Shown here: one piece after another, positions 1 through 10,948 of the stretch
Numbering within the stretch: the first letter of the stretch is position 1
Layout of the letters: each line of letters begins with the position of its first letter
Assembly: GCF_000142905.1 (NCBI RefSeq)
Contig: NW_013657650.1
Span: 193,388 to 257,387 of the forward strand
DNA length: 64,000 nt
Source: Thecamonas trahens ATCC 50062
Lineage: Eukaryota > Protista > Apusomonadida
Direction of reading: 5' to 3'
Made by a program: the position numbers and the translations under genes
The notes under the pieces: model-generated
Seen by the model: only the letters and a program-made list of their open reading frames with translations
Database searches by the model: none
Told to the model about the DNA's origin: nothing

Positions 1-666
1 GCCGAGATGGTGAACATGCGCTTGGACGAGATGCCATGGACCTCCTTGTTCTCGCCGTACATGGGCAGGTCGGCGACAGGGAACCACTTGATCTCGGAAA
101 TTTCCTTGCGAGTCATGGTCTCGAACACAGTGTCCATGGGAATGCCCGCAATGACGAACAGGCGCATCTCCTTGCCACGGATGACGCACTTGACCAAGTC
201 GGTCTCGGAAATGTACGGCGCAATGTCAAAGCCGATCTCCTCGTAGACCTCACGGATGGCGCACTCGACGTCACTCTCGCCCTCATCAATCTTGCCCTTG
301 GGGAACATCCACGAGCCCTTCGAGCCCCAGCCCTTGACAATAAGGCAGTGCTTGAGCGTCGGGTCGAGCAGGATGGCTCCACGCGTCGGAATCTTGGCCT
401 TGTACTCGGAAAACCCGGTCATGATGTCCGACAGGAAGCTGTGGTACGGCTGAAGCAGCGGGCAGTGGTGGAACATGACAGCAGAGAAGGCGCGGAAGCC
501 CATCGACGGCAGGAACTCATGCTGCTCGCAGAAGTAGTCCTCATAGAACCAGTGCGCCTGCTCGATGGCGAAGCAGATGCGCTCAAACGACGACAGCTCC
601 TCATCCGGCAGATTGATCAGGAAGCGGCTGTGGCGAGAGCAGTAAATCACCGCACGTATGTGAGTA

Positions 667-718
<52 letters not shown>

Positions 719-964
719 GTGGGGGTGGTTGGTGGTGGTGGTGATGGTGCGCCTTGGCCATGACCCCAGCCTCGGCCATGACCACGACAGCAACGACAGA
801 CAGAGACAGCCCCCCCCCCCTCCCTACCACACAACAACGTACGAACTCAGATCATCCAGTAGCTCAGACAGCAATGCCACCTCGTCCACCGACAGCTTCT
901 TGTTCGAGTGTGACTTGAAGACGGCACGGAGCTCCTTCAGCGGTGTGCTGGGAGAAGAAGACAT
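1..964 (-). CDS. DCP2: mRNA-decapping enzyme catalytic subunit Dcp2 (exon 1 964-843, intron 842-628, exon 2 627 to beyond the window start)
   Basis: Manual splice (GTACGT...CAG) gives ELLDDLSSRFLINLPDEELSSFERICFAIEQAHWFYEDY (Box A) and Nudix box FPKGKIDEGESDVECAIREVYEEIG, followed by TRKEISEIKWF. Confidence 0.95.
670..717. repeat. (GT)n microsatellite inside the DCP2 intron
   Basis: Uninterrupted tg/gt dinucleotide run. Confidence 0.95.
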
Positions 965-1459
965 GGCAGGGGACGGGACGGGAGAGGGAGGGAGAACGGA
1001 GAGCGGGGAGGAGGGGGGGGAGGGGAGGAAGGGGGGAGGAGGTGTAGGGGAGGAAGAGGGCTGGTCTTCTCTGCCACCGCTGCTGTTGCCCGCTGCATAC
1101 CGCCCCCCCCCCCTCCCCTCCCCGTCAGGTCGCACTTGGTCGCCGCCCGCCCACTCGCCCGCTCGCCCGCTCGGCCGCCCGCCCTACGCCATGACGATCA
1201 AGCCAAAGGTGATCAACGCCACCAAAGTCGATCACACGCTACATGGAGATACCCATGGCAATTGAGATCGTCTCATTGGTGACATGCGCGGTTTCATCCA
1301 TCCTATCTCCCATCCTGACGGCATTTGACGTTACGTAGCCATCGGCAGACGGCGTCGGTTGGCAGGAGACCAGTGGGGGAGGGGGGGGGGGGGGGGGACA
1401 AGGAGTGGGTGAGAGGGGTGCGAGGAGCGAGTGTAGCAACCACCCAGCTCGCGACTGAC

Positions 1460-3060
1460 ATGTCTGAGTCCTCGTATGATGCGTATGACGAGGATGGCTC
1501 GTACGCCGAGGGTTCGTCCTATGGCTATGGGGGCACCCCAGAGCCAGACGGTGTGGACGGTGCCGGCAGTGCTAGCGGCGACGAGCCGACCGAAAGCGAG
1601 CCGGAGCCGGTACGTACAGAGCTGGCTGATGCGACATTTTGGGCTGCCATGGAACTGAGTGTGAGTATGGAGGGAGATGGGACGTGTACTTGGGGATGTA
1701 CTTACTCTGGGCTTGGTCATGTGCCTCGTCGGGCTGGGCTGCTGGTTGTGGTTGCCTGAATGGGGGGCGGTTGTCGTTGACCCCCAACTGCCGCTCGCTT
1801 CACGGCCAATGCCATGGTGGATGGTGGGTGTGGACGGATGGATGCTGGTGGCGATGGATGGGGTGGATGTGGACGTGGGCGTGGACGTGGGCGTGGTGTT
1901 GCATGTGTGTTGCTGCTCGATTTGGAGGACAGATCAGCAAACCGCTGGCCAAGGACGATCTCACCGACGCGCTGTCTGTCTTGGCCAAGACGGGGACGGG
2001 CTTGGAGCATGCGTTTGTGCGGCTTGAGCTGCATGATGCAGAGGTGACAGATATTGAGCTGCTGGCATCGTACCCGCATCTGCGGTACGTGGACCTGTCA
2101 AACAATGCGATCACGTCGATCCGGCCGCTGTCGCGGCTGGACCAGCTGGCGTGGCTCAAGCTCGAACACAACGCAATCAAGGCCGTGGACATGCGGACGC
2201 GGCCGTTTCTGCAAGTCGCGCTCCTTGCGCACAACAAGCTGACGTCTGTGGCCGGGATGGCGCACCCGCGGCTGGCGACGCTCGACGTCTCCCACAACGC
2301 GTTCGAGGCCTTTGACGGCCTCGACAACCTCACAAGTCTGGAGCGGCTGTTGGCCACCAACAACGAGCTCACATCGACGGCAGGCATCCACGCCAGCTCG
2401 CTCAAGGAGCTGCTCCTGGCCGACAATGCCATCAGCGCTGTTGAGGACATGGAGCACCTTCCAGCTCTTTCGCTCCTCGACATGCAGCGGAACGAGCTCT
2501 CGTCGCTCGACGGCTTTGTTCCGCAGCTGGCCGCGCTCTCGGTCGTGGACCTCTCGGAAAATCACATCGAAGACATTGCCGAGGTTGCCAAGCTCGCAAT
2601 CCTCCCGTCGCTCTCGTCGCTCTTCCTCTACGACAACCCGATTGTCGAGCTCGACGACTACCGGCTGGAAGTCCGGATTGTCCTGCCCAAGCTCAAGGTA
2701 CTTGACGGCGAGGACTACACCACCGACGAGATTGAGGAGGCCCAGCTTGTCGCCGCTGAGCGCGCCGAGTTTGAGCGTCGCAAAAAAGAGGAGGAGGAGG
2801 CCATGCTCGCCGCCGAGCAGCAGCGGCTGGCCGACGAGGAGAAGGCTGCCCAGGAGGAGCTGGCCCGCGAGAAGGAGCGCCGCGAGGCTGAGGCTGCCGC
2901 CGGCGAGGACGGCGAGGACGGCGACGATGGATCGGCAAGCAACGCCGGAAGCGGCGAGGACGATGAAGGCTACGACGACGACGACGGCGACGGTGAGGGC
3001 TCGGGCGACAACGGGTCCGAGTACGACGACGACGGCACGTACGACGGCTATGACTACTGA
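1460..3060 (+). CDS. LRRC23: Leucine-rich repeat protein, LRRC23-like (axonemal radial-spoke associated); exon 1 1460-1609, intron 1610-1932, exon 2 1933-3060
   Basis: LSVLAKTGTGLEHAFVRLELHDAEVTDIELLASYPHLRYVDLSNN resembles the LRRC23 N-terminus. It has SDS22-type LRRs, an LRRcap (NPIVELDDYRLEVRIVLPKLKVLDG) and an acidic tail. The GTACGT...CAG intron is phase 0. Confidence 0.85.
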
Positions 3061-3179
3061 TTGATGGCTTTAACGTAGGAATGCGTCACAATAACAGCGT
3101 TTACCCAGCACTGCCCACTGGCCATCGGCCCCTGCCATCTGCCCACTGCTCACTGCCCACTGCTCACTTGATCGAGCCT

Positions 3180-3338
3180 CTACTCGAGCATCTTCTGTTT
3201 CTTAGCCGGTGCGGCGGCCGGCGCCTCGTCCAGCGGGCGCTTCTTGGTAGTCGGCGCTGATGGCGGCGCCGGTGCGGGCGCGGGTGCGGATGCAGGCACG
3301 GGCGCGGGTGCGGTGCAGGCGCGGCCGCGGGTGCGGGT

Positions 3339-3385
<47 letters not shown>

Positions 3386-4954
3386 TGTCGCTGCGGCAGC
3401 GACCGGCGCAGGAGGCGGCTGTGCAGCGATAGCAGGAGGCGCAGCGACAGCAGCGGTGGCCGCTGCGGCAGCCTTGGCCGCTGACTTTTCGGCCTTCCGG
3501 CGAGCCTTCATCAGCTCCTTGACAAACGGCGGGAGATCCTTGCGCTTGAGCGGGAGGATGTCGATGGTCATGTCCGACGAGCGGTCGGGCCACTCGGAGA
3601 GGCGCTTCTGGAAGGCAAAGGCCGGCGCACCAAGATCGATGCGTTTGTTGCGGCGCTTGAGCAGATCCTCGGCAAACTGGACGCCGACGAAAAAGACGCA
3701 GTTCTGGCGATCCTCGCCCGGAATGACGTTCTCAAACTCCTTTGTGTACGGGTGGACTGCCTCGATCTGGAGCTCGTTCTCGAGTTTCATGACAAAGTCG
3801 CGCAGGAGGCGCGACTCGACGTAGCCATGCCACACGCCCATGGCCTCGGGCGTGGCCGCGTACGCTGTGATCATGAAAAACGTGCGGTACATCTTAAAGA
3901 AACGCGGCGGCTCAAAGAGCTTGCCCCAGCTCGCCTGCCCGGCGTAGACGGCGTTGACAATCTCCTCGCCGCGCTCAAACTCGGCCCGGATGATCTCGAT
4001 TGTTGAGCGCGTGATGTTTGTGTTGGCGTTGAGCGACGGGTACGCCGGCGTGAGAACCGGCATGAGGTGCCCGCGGTCGCGGTAGTTGGTCGGGTCCCAC
4101 TGCGTGAGGCCGAGCATCGAGTCTTGGGCCGGGACGAGGCGGATCGGGTTCTTGCGAAAGTTCCACTCCTTGAACAGCTTGAAGAACATCGAGATGATCT
4201 TGGCCGGCGCCCCGTAGGGAACAAGCTGGCAGACGCGCGCCACGAGGATGGCGAGCGTGATTCCGTTGAAGAAGCCTTTGAGAAAGCCGTACAGCAGCCG
4301 TGACTTGGACCAGAGCCGGATGGCGCGGAGGACGAGCCGGAATGGGGCCGGATCCGGAATGACCTTGAGGATCTTGTCGGTCACCCGCGAGCCATTGAGC
4401 GTGCGCGCGCCCGAGTCGGTCATGCCCTGCAGCACCATGTCGTTGTCGAGCTGGAGCGTGTCTGGGATGGCTGACATAGAGAGGGAGGCCACAATGAGAT
4501 CGATCTGGATGGTGGCAAAGACGATCTTAATGATGGGCACAACGGCCTCGCGAACCGCCACAAGCTCGGTCACCTCGGGCCGCGCCTCCAGCCGCGCCTT
4601 GAAGGTCTTGAAAAAGTCGTCGACGGTGGCGTCGCGTGGCAGGACGCAGAGCGTGTCAATATCCGACGACTCGGTGCAGACGCCGAGCCGGTACGAGCCG
4701 TAGGCAAAGATCTTGCCCCCGGCCGATGCCGCCACAGACGGCGGCTGCTTTTTGGCCAGCAGCGTCTCTTTCACCCAATCCTTCACCATCTTGTTCAGCT
4801 TGCCGATCACCTTTTGCCGCAGCCGCGCATGGGCCTCGGGCTCAAACTGGCCTCGCGCCACAAGCTCCTCCCGCAGCGCCCGCGACAGCGCCTTCTCGCC
4901 CTCGGTCGCCGTGTCAAGCGTAAGCGGCGGCGTCACGCCCCATTGCAGCGACAT
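3180..4954 (-). CDS. PAP1: Canonical nuclear poly(A) polymerase; apparent 1-nt frameshift near 3290-3315 in the PA-repeat tail, with the likely true C-terminus ...KKRPLDEAPAAAPAKKQKMLE
   Basis: GGKIFAYGSYRLGV and SDIDTLCV (nucleotidyltransferase motif), LNGSRVTD, HLMPVLTPAYP, WHGYVESRL, and a bipartite NLS-like tail in the shifted frame. Confidence 0.95.
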
Positions 4955-5691
4955 TCACCGGTGTCTTCAGACTCCTTTACGAGGGGGAGTGGGTGCGGTG
5001 AGGGGTGGGAGGGGGGGGAGGGGAGGGGGGGGGGGGGGAGGGAGGGGGCGAGGTGGTGCCCGTGCCCAAAGCCCATACCTCGCGGCTGGTGACTGGCGCC
5101 CTACCGCGCCTCACAAGGATCGCCAGCCGGCCGAGTCGCACAAAGGACGACTGCAAGTCGGCGGGGCGAGATGGCGAGCATATCAATCGCTCGCAGCGAT
5201 GACATGCTACAGGAAGAGAGAGAGAGTGCGCTCGAGAGAGAGGGGGAGGGAGAGGAGGTGATCAACGCACATGCAGATCATTCATCATGTTCTGATCTGG
5301 TCCTCTTCGTAGTAGCGGTGGAGGGGGGGGGGGAGGGAGGGACCTCTGGCTTAAGANNNNNNNNNNNNNNNNNNNNNNNNNNNNNNNNNNNNNNNNNNNN
5401 NNNNNNNNNNNNNNNNNNNNNNNNNNNNNNNNNNNNNNNNNNNNNNNNNNNNNNNNGTTCTGATCTGGTCCTCTTCGTAGTAGCGGTGAGGGGGGGGGGG
5501 GAGGGAGGGAGGCCAAAAAGACATTTCGCCGAAGCGGCAAAAGCCCAGACAGGCAGAAGGGAGGGGGGGGGGGGGACGGCAGTGCCTCCTCTACATACCC
5601 CCACCACTCCCACCTGCCACACACTCCACACTCCACCCTCCCACCCTCCCCCCACCCTCCTTCCTCCCGCTTGCATCCTGCAGGACCACGT

Positions 5692-8613
5692 ATGAGCACT
5701 CCGCCCAAGCCCGTCCGGGCAAAGCCCCCGCGTGCCAAGCCACCCCGGCGTGCTACCCCTCCGCTTGCTGGCTCGCCCTCGGCTGGTCATCATGCGCAAG
5801 CCGCGGCTGCAACGCCGCCAGCGGATGACATTGTTCCTTTCGACATTGATGCGCTTGGCTTTGATGACTTTGACGAGCCACTGCCACAGCCACAGGCCCA
5901 GACTGCCGCCGACCCGTCGCCGCAGCCCGTCGTCGATCCGGTCGTCCCGTTCGACATTGCTGATCTGGGCTTTGATGACTTTGATGAGCCTACCCAGGCC
6001 CCTGCTCCGGTTTCTGCGCCTGCTGCCCTCGCCGCCACCCCGGCTCCGGCTCCGGCTCCGGCAGATGACTTTGACTTTAGCACGTTTGACGCCGGGTTTG
6101 ACGACAGCGCAGATGACGCCGCTGCGGCTTCATCGTCGACTCTGGCTCCAGCTCCGGCTTCGGCTCCGGTCGCAGCTGTTGTGGCAACTGACGACGTCGA
6201 TCCCGATACCGAGTTTGGCCTCCTTTATCAGGACCAGGGTGAGCCGGAGATGGAGTACGAGTTCCCCGAGGCTGTCAAGTTTGGCATGGAGCCGCAGCAG
6301 ATGGTCATTGTGGTCGGCGGCGAGGTCGTGTACTCGGGCCACGTCAACTTTGCCAAGACTGTTGGTGCACCGCCAAACGTCGACCACGCGTCGGCCGGCT
6401 CGGTCCTTGTCTACCACGATGCCGGCGACCGGACGTTTAAGATTCTCGGCGTGTCAGGCACGCCAGGGCCGACGCCTGATGTGGCGCCGGCGGCGCGCAA
6501 GGCTGTCGAGCAGTTTATCGAGTCGACGTCGCAGCCCGGAGGCCCGCCGGCCCGCCCGGCCCGAGTCGGTCCGCCGGTCAAAAAGGCGCGGACTCAAGTG
6601 ATTGCCGGTCGCGGCGCACCGATCGCCCGCGGTGCGGTGCGCAACCGTGGCGCCCCGCCACGTGGCCGTGGCGCTCCGCCACGTGGCCGTGGTGCCCCAC
6701 CGCGCGGTCGTGGTGCCCCACCACGGGGTCGTGGCATGCCGCGTCCGCGCGGTGCGGTGCGCCCGCGTGGCGCTCCGCGCGGCCGCGGCAAGCCGATGTT
6801 CGCCGGCGGCGCTTCCGGAGCTGGCCGTGGCATGCGGCCAGTCTCGCCGTCGACGCCGGCAGTGCCGTCGGCGCCCAAGCCGGTGGCAGCCGAGCCGCCG
6901 CGCCCGGCTCGGATGGCCGAGCCGGCGTACCCGACAAGCCCACCGCCGCCGGTGGCAGCAGCTCCGAGTGCATCCGCTGACCAGCCGGCCGAGCCCGAGT
7001 TTCGAGCCGTCCTCCAGATCTACTTTCCGGAGGGCTCGTACAAGAAGCTCTTTGTCGACTCGAACACGACGGCCAAGGAGCTGGTCGACAAGCTGGTAGC
7101 GCAGCGGCAGGAGACGGTTTCGGCCGAGTTTGTCTTTAAGCTCTGCACCATGCAGGGTGGGATGACAACCGGCGTCCTCGACGACGGCGACTACCCGGCG
7201 CGACTGTCCAAGGAGTGGAGCGAGGGGACCAAGCTGATGTTCATCAAGAAGCTCGCACCCAAGAAGAAAGAGCCCGAGGCCGGGGCCGGCTCGGGGGCAG
7301 CGGTCATTCTGCAGGTCTTCTTCGAAGCGTCAGACACGTACACCTCGTTCCGGTGCTCGGAGGAGGCGACAGCGTCCGAGGTCTGTCGCATGATCTCGCA
7401 GCGGCCGATGTTCTCGGCCATGGCCGGCGACCCGGACGGGTTTGGCCTGTTTGTGCGCGGCCAGCGGGTCCCGCTCCGCGACAACGAGCGGCCGTCGATC
7501 ATCCACAACGCTGGCATGAAGATGGGCACCCGCGTCCAGTTTGTCATCCAGCGCAAGACCGGCGGAAGCACGGTCGGCGCCGGTGAAAAGGTGCCCGAGG
7601 GCGAGCGGGTGAGCGTCAACGACTTTAAGATGCTCAAGGTCATCGGCATTGGCGGGTACGGCAAGGTCTACCAGGTTCGCAAGAAGGATACCAAGAAGAT
7701 CTACGCCATGAAAATGATCACCAAGGCCTCGCTGACCAAGTCCAAGCTCATCCAGCACACCCAGGCCGAGCAGCGGGTGCTGACTCAGATCAACCACCCG
7801 TTCCTCATCCACCTCCACTGGTCGTTCCAGACCGCCGACAAGCTGTACTTTGTCATGGACTACGTCAACGGCGGTGAGCTCTTCTTCCACCTCGCGCAGG
7901 AGCAGCGGTTCGACGAGGCCCGCACCAAGTTCTATGTCGCCGAGCTCGTCTGCGCCCTCGGCTATCTCCACAACCGCGATATCATCTACCGCGACCTCAA
8001 GCCTGAAAACGTGCTCCTCTACGCCGACGGCCACATTTGCCTCACAGACTTTGGCCTCGCCAAACAAGGCATCACTGAGGACAACTCGACAGCCACCATC
8101 TGCGGCACCGCTGAGTATCTCGCACCAGAGATCCTGACCGGAAACGGCTACGGTAAGGCCGTCGACTGGTGGGAGCTCGGCATCCTCATGTATGAGATGC
8201 TCATGGGCGTGCCGCCGTTCGAGGCCGAAGAGGGCGAGACGCCCAACGACGTGTTCATGAAGATCCTCAAGCGCCCGCTCGAGCTCCCCGACGAGGTCTT
8301 CTCGCCGCTGGCCAAGGACCTCATGCTCGGCTTTTCCAAGCGCGATCCAGCGCTCCGCATCGGAGGCGGCGCTCTCGACGCCGACGAGATCAAGGATCAT
8401 CCGTGGTTCGCAGAGTACGACTGGGGCGCCCTCGTCCGCAAAGAAGTCACCCCGCCGTTTGTGCCCAACGTTAAGAGCGAGAAGGAGGCCAAGTACGTCG
8501 ACAAGGACATCGCCGCCCTCTCCATCAAGGACGCAGAGGGCCCGTCCGCCGCCCCGGTCAACATCGACCACTCGGCCTTTGCTGCTTTCGAGTACGCCGC
8601 GCCATCGTCATAG
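5692..8613 (+). CDS. AGC-family Ser/Thr kinase (Akt/SGK/S6K-like catalytic domain) with a long N-terminus: acidic Phe motifs, RG-rich repeats and two RA/ubiquitin-like domains
   Basis: GIGGYGKV, YAMK, IYRDLKPEN, DFG, TICGTAEYLAPE, PPFVP turn segment and hydrophobic motif FAAFEY. Confidence 0.92.
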   Translation: MSTPPKPVRAKPPRAKPPRRATPPLAGSPSAGHHAQAAAATPPADDIVPFDIDALGFDDFDEPLPQPQAQTAADPSPQPVVDPVVPFDIADLGFDDFDEPTQAPAPVSAPAALAATPAPAPAPADDFDFSTFDAGFDDSADDAAAASSSTLAPAPASAPVAAVVATDDVDPDTEFGLLYQDQGEPEMEYEFPEAVKFGMEPQQMVIVVGGEVVYSGHVNFAKTVGAPPNVDHASAGSVLVYHDAGDRTFKILGVSGTPGPTPDVAPAARKAVEQFIESTSQPGGPPARPARVGPPVKKARTQVIAGRGAPIARGAVRNRGAPPRGRGAPPRGRGAPPRGRGAPPRGRGMPRPRGAVRPRGAPRGRGKPMFAGGASGAGRGMRPVSPSTPAVPSAPKPVAAEPPRPARMAEPAYPTSPPPPVAAAPSASADQPAEPEFRAVLQIYFPEGSYKKLFVDSNTTAKELVDKLVAQRQETVSAEFVFKLCTMQGGMTTGVLDDGDYPARLSKEWSEGTKLMFIKKLAPKKKEPEAGAGSGAAVILQVFFEASDTYTSFRCSEEATASEVCRMISQRPMFSAMAGDPDGFGLFVRGQRVPLRDNERPSIIHNAGMKMGTRVQFVIQRKTGGSTVGAGEKVPEGERVSVNDFKMLKVIGIGGYGKVYQVRKKDTKKIYAMKMITKASLTKSKLIQHTQAEQRVLTQINHPFLIHLHWSFQTADKLYFVMDYVNGGELFFHLAQEQRFDEARTKFYVAELVCALGYLHNRDIIYRDLKPENVLLYADGHICLTDFGLAKQGITEDNSTATICGTAEYLAPEILTGNGYGKAVDWWELGILMYEMLMGVPPFEAEEGETPNDVFMKILKRPLELPDEVFSPLAKDLMLGFSKRDPALRIGGGALDADEIKDHPWFAEYDWGALVRKEVTPPFVPNVKSEKEAKYVDKDIAALSIKDAEGPSAAPVNIDHSAFAAFEYAAPSS
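6646..6790 (+). repeat. Coding 21-nt tandem repeat encoding (RGAPPRG)n in the kinase
   Basis: cgtggcgccccgccacgtggc-like units translating to RGAPPRGRGAPPRGRGAPPRGRGAPPRGRG. Confidence 0.9.
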
Positions 8614-9044
8614 CGCTGTTCCCAGCTGCTGCGCGGCTGAGCAACGAGGACGTGGCGTGAGGCCTTTGTCGTCATCGTCCCCACACGCGAGTGAAAAATT
8701 TTCGCTCTTGCAATCGTTGCCACGTGGCGTTGGGACCACGCACGTGGCCGCGACGTGCTCCTTGCCTCTATCGCCATCCTTTCCACCACCTCCCCCTCCC
8801 TCCCTAGACCTCCCATGCAGCACGCACCTTTGCCCTCCTCGCATCCCTCGGTCCTGCCTCTCTCTCGTTTCCTTCACACACCCTATCGATCACTGATGCT
8901 TGCTCCGCCGGAGCAGCCACCAAACTCTTGCGTTGGCCAATTCGACCGAGTCCGACCCGCCACCTCAGTCCCGCACGCGTTCCTGCCGAGGGGCAAGACG
9001 GCTAGCCAGCCACCACTCCACCCACCAACTCGCGGCCATTCCCA

Positions 9045-10217
9045 ATGAGTGAGACCAACGACGACAACGTGCCGCTGGCCTTTGCGCTCACGTTTGCAGC
9101 TGGCCTGTCCACAGTCATCGGCGCGGCGGCGCCGTTCATGCCCTCGAGCAAGATCCACTCGCCGCGGGCCCTCTCTGCTGCACTCGGCCTGGCCGCCGGT
9201 GTCATGCTGTACATCTCGTTTGTGGACATTCTTGCAACAAAGGCCATGGATTCGTTCGAGGCCATCGAGTCGATCGGCGAGGAGCTGGCGCCCACGGCCA
9301 CCGGCGGCTTCTTCTTCCTCGGCATCTTTGCCATTGCCGCCCTCAACGCCCTCACCCATCGCATCGGCGCCCCGCCGCACTCGAACGATGTCCTCGACGA
9401 AATCATCCATGCCGGCCCGTCCATCACCTCACGCACGAGCTCGAGCTCGAGCACCGCGACCCGGACCACGACTCGCGGCTCGGGCTCGTACTCGGAGTAT
9501 GAGCAGGAGGAGGAGGCGCTCGGCTCGGACGCCGGGCTCTGCTCGGACGATAGCGCGCTGGTGACTTCGTGGAGCGGATCGAGCCGGTCGCGCCACCGCC
9601 GCCGCCGCCGCCAGTCGTCATCGGAGGAATCTTTCGGCCCGCCTGGCTCGTCGAGCCGGACCATCGAGCGGACCGAAAGCGGCGAGAGCTCGGATATGGA
9701 GATGGGCTCGGCGACTGCGGCGCTCAAGGGCGCGACGACGCAGTCTGCCGCGTCTGCGCGTGCTATTCAGATGATGGGAATCAAGACCGCGGTGGCTATC
9801 ATGCTCCACAACCTGCCCGAGGGCCTCGCGACGTTTGTGGCGACGCTGGCGTCGCCGTCGTCGGGAGTGGCCATCATGGTCGCCATCGGCCTGCACAACG
9901 TGCCCGAGGGCTCGGTCGTCTCCATGCCAATCTTCCACGCCACCGGCTCCAAGTGGCGCGGCTTCTTCTGGGGCGCGTGGTCGGGCGTGACCGAGCCCAT
10001 CGGTGCCATCTTTGGCTACCTCGTCCTCCGCAACAACGAGTCAGACTGGGCCTACGGAGTGCTCTTTGCGCTAGTGGCCGGCATGATGGTGTACGTGACA
10101 CTCCGCGAGCTCCTCCCCACCGCCCACCGGTACGACCCGTCGGACAAGTACGTCACCTGGTTCGCCATCTTTGGCATGTTTGTCATGGCGCTCTCGCTCT
10201 CACTCTTTGCCATTTGA
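9045..10217 (+). CDS. ZIP-family (ZupT/GufA-like) zinc/metal transporter
   Basis: AGLSTVIG, LGLAAGVMLYISF, AIMLHNLPEG, AIGLHNVPEG, EPIGA and AGMMVYVTLRELLP. Confidence 0.93.
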   Translation: MSETNDDNVPLAFALTFAAGLSTVIGAAAPFMPSSKIHSPRALSAALGLAAGVMLYISFVDILATKAMDSFEAIESIGEELAPTATGGFFFLGIFAIAALNALTHRIGAPPHSNDVLDEIIHAGPSITSRTSSSSSTATRTTTRGSGSYSEYEQEEEALGSDAGLCSDDSALVTSWSGSSRSRHRRRRRQSSSEESFGPPGSSSRTIERTESGESSDMEMGSATAALKGATTQSAASARAIQMMGIKTAVAIMLHNLPEGLATFVATLASPSSGVAIMVAIGLHNVPEGSVVSMPIFHATGSKWRGFFWGAWSGVTEPIGAIFGYLVLRNNESDWAYGVLFALVAGMMVYVTLRELLPTAHRYDPSDKYVTWFAIFGMFVMALSLSLFAI

Positions 10218-10948
10218 CGACCGTCGCCGACACAAAGGTGCGATACCAGGCGTGATGCAATTGCAAGCTTCTCTCCTCTCCCCCTCCTACCCTGCACTTT
10301 TCACTCCTCTTGCCAATAGCACCGATCGTCGGATATGGCGTTCAGGCGTTGTGGGGGGGGGGTAGCAATAAGACGACAAAGACCGCACGTAAAATGGTGC
10401 GGGTCTCAAAAACGGTGATCACGTTGGGTTCGATGCGCAGCAGCTGTTCGCCGGATGATCCGACATGGAATGGCCTGTCGTACACGCTATGGACACTAGC
10501 CGGTACTAGAGGGTGGGTTGGACACATAGAGTCTCATCTATAGCCTAATAACCATGATGAGGGAATGAGATGACTGATTCAGTACAATCCCCTCTGAATC
10601 GTGCCGCGAGGCAAGCGAAGCCTGCACCAAGTCCCCTTGACCGGCTGCAAGCCGCGGACACGGATAGTCATTGAAAATGATCACGATGAACACTCACTTG
10701 AGCATGTGAACTACCACCAGACTAGAGATGGTGTGCCGATGCGTTGACTCCAAGCCGCACGAGCTGCACAAGTCCTCCCCCCTCCCCACCCAGCCCCACC
10801 CGAGCCCGCCCGCTGTGTCGCCTTGTCAAACCCGACACGCCGCCACCACCCCACCGCCCCCCCTCCCCCACCACCACCACCCTCAACCACTGCACCTCAC
10901 TCACGACCACTCACCTCGGCGCCACAGCTACAACCAGAGCCAAGCAAG

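Noticed and set aside
3180-4954. Idea that PAP and the VP39-like gene form a poxvirus-like VP55/VP39 pair or an endogenous viral insert
   Set aside because: The PAP is the canonical eukaryotic type and lies more than 50 kb away. No other viral hallmark genes or compositional shift are evident.
5289-5510. Direct repeat of about 50 nt on both sides of an N gap (similarly 16679-16710 and 17115-17145)
   Set aside because: This is typical of overlapping contig ends at poly-G/C tracts and is an assembly artefact, not an LTR or target-site duplication.
10553-10600. SECIS interpretation of the ATGA...GA hairpin
   Set aside because: It lacks a clear apical AA motif, and I found no recognisable upstream selenoprotein ORF with an in-frame UGA.
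10700-10728. ACTACCACCA, complementary to a conserved LSU rRNA segment (U24-like guide)
   Set aside because: The match is only 10 nt and no adjacent CTGA D box follows.
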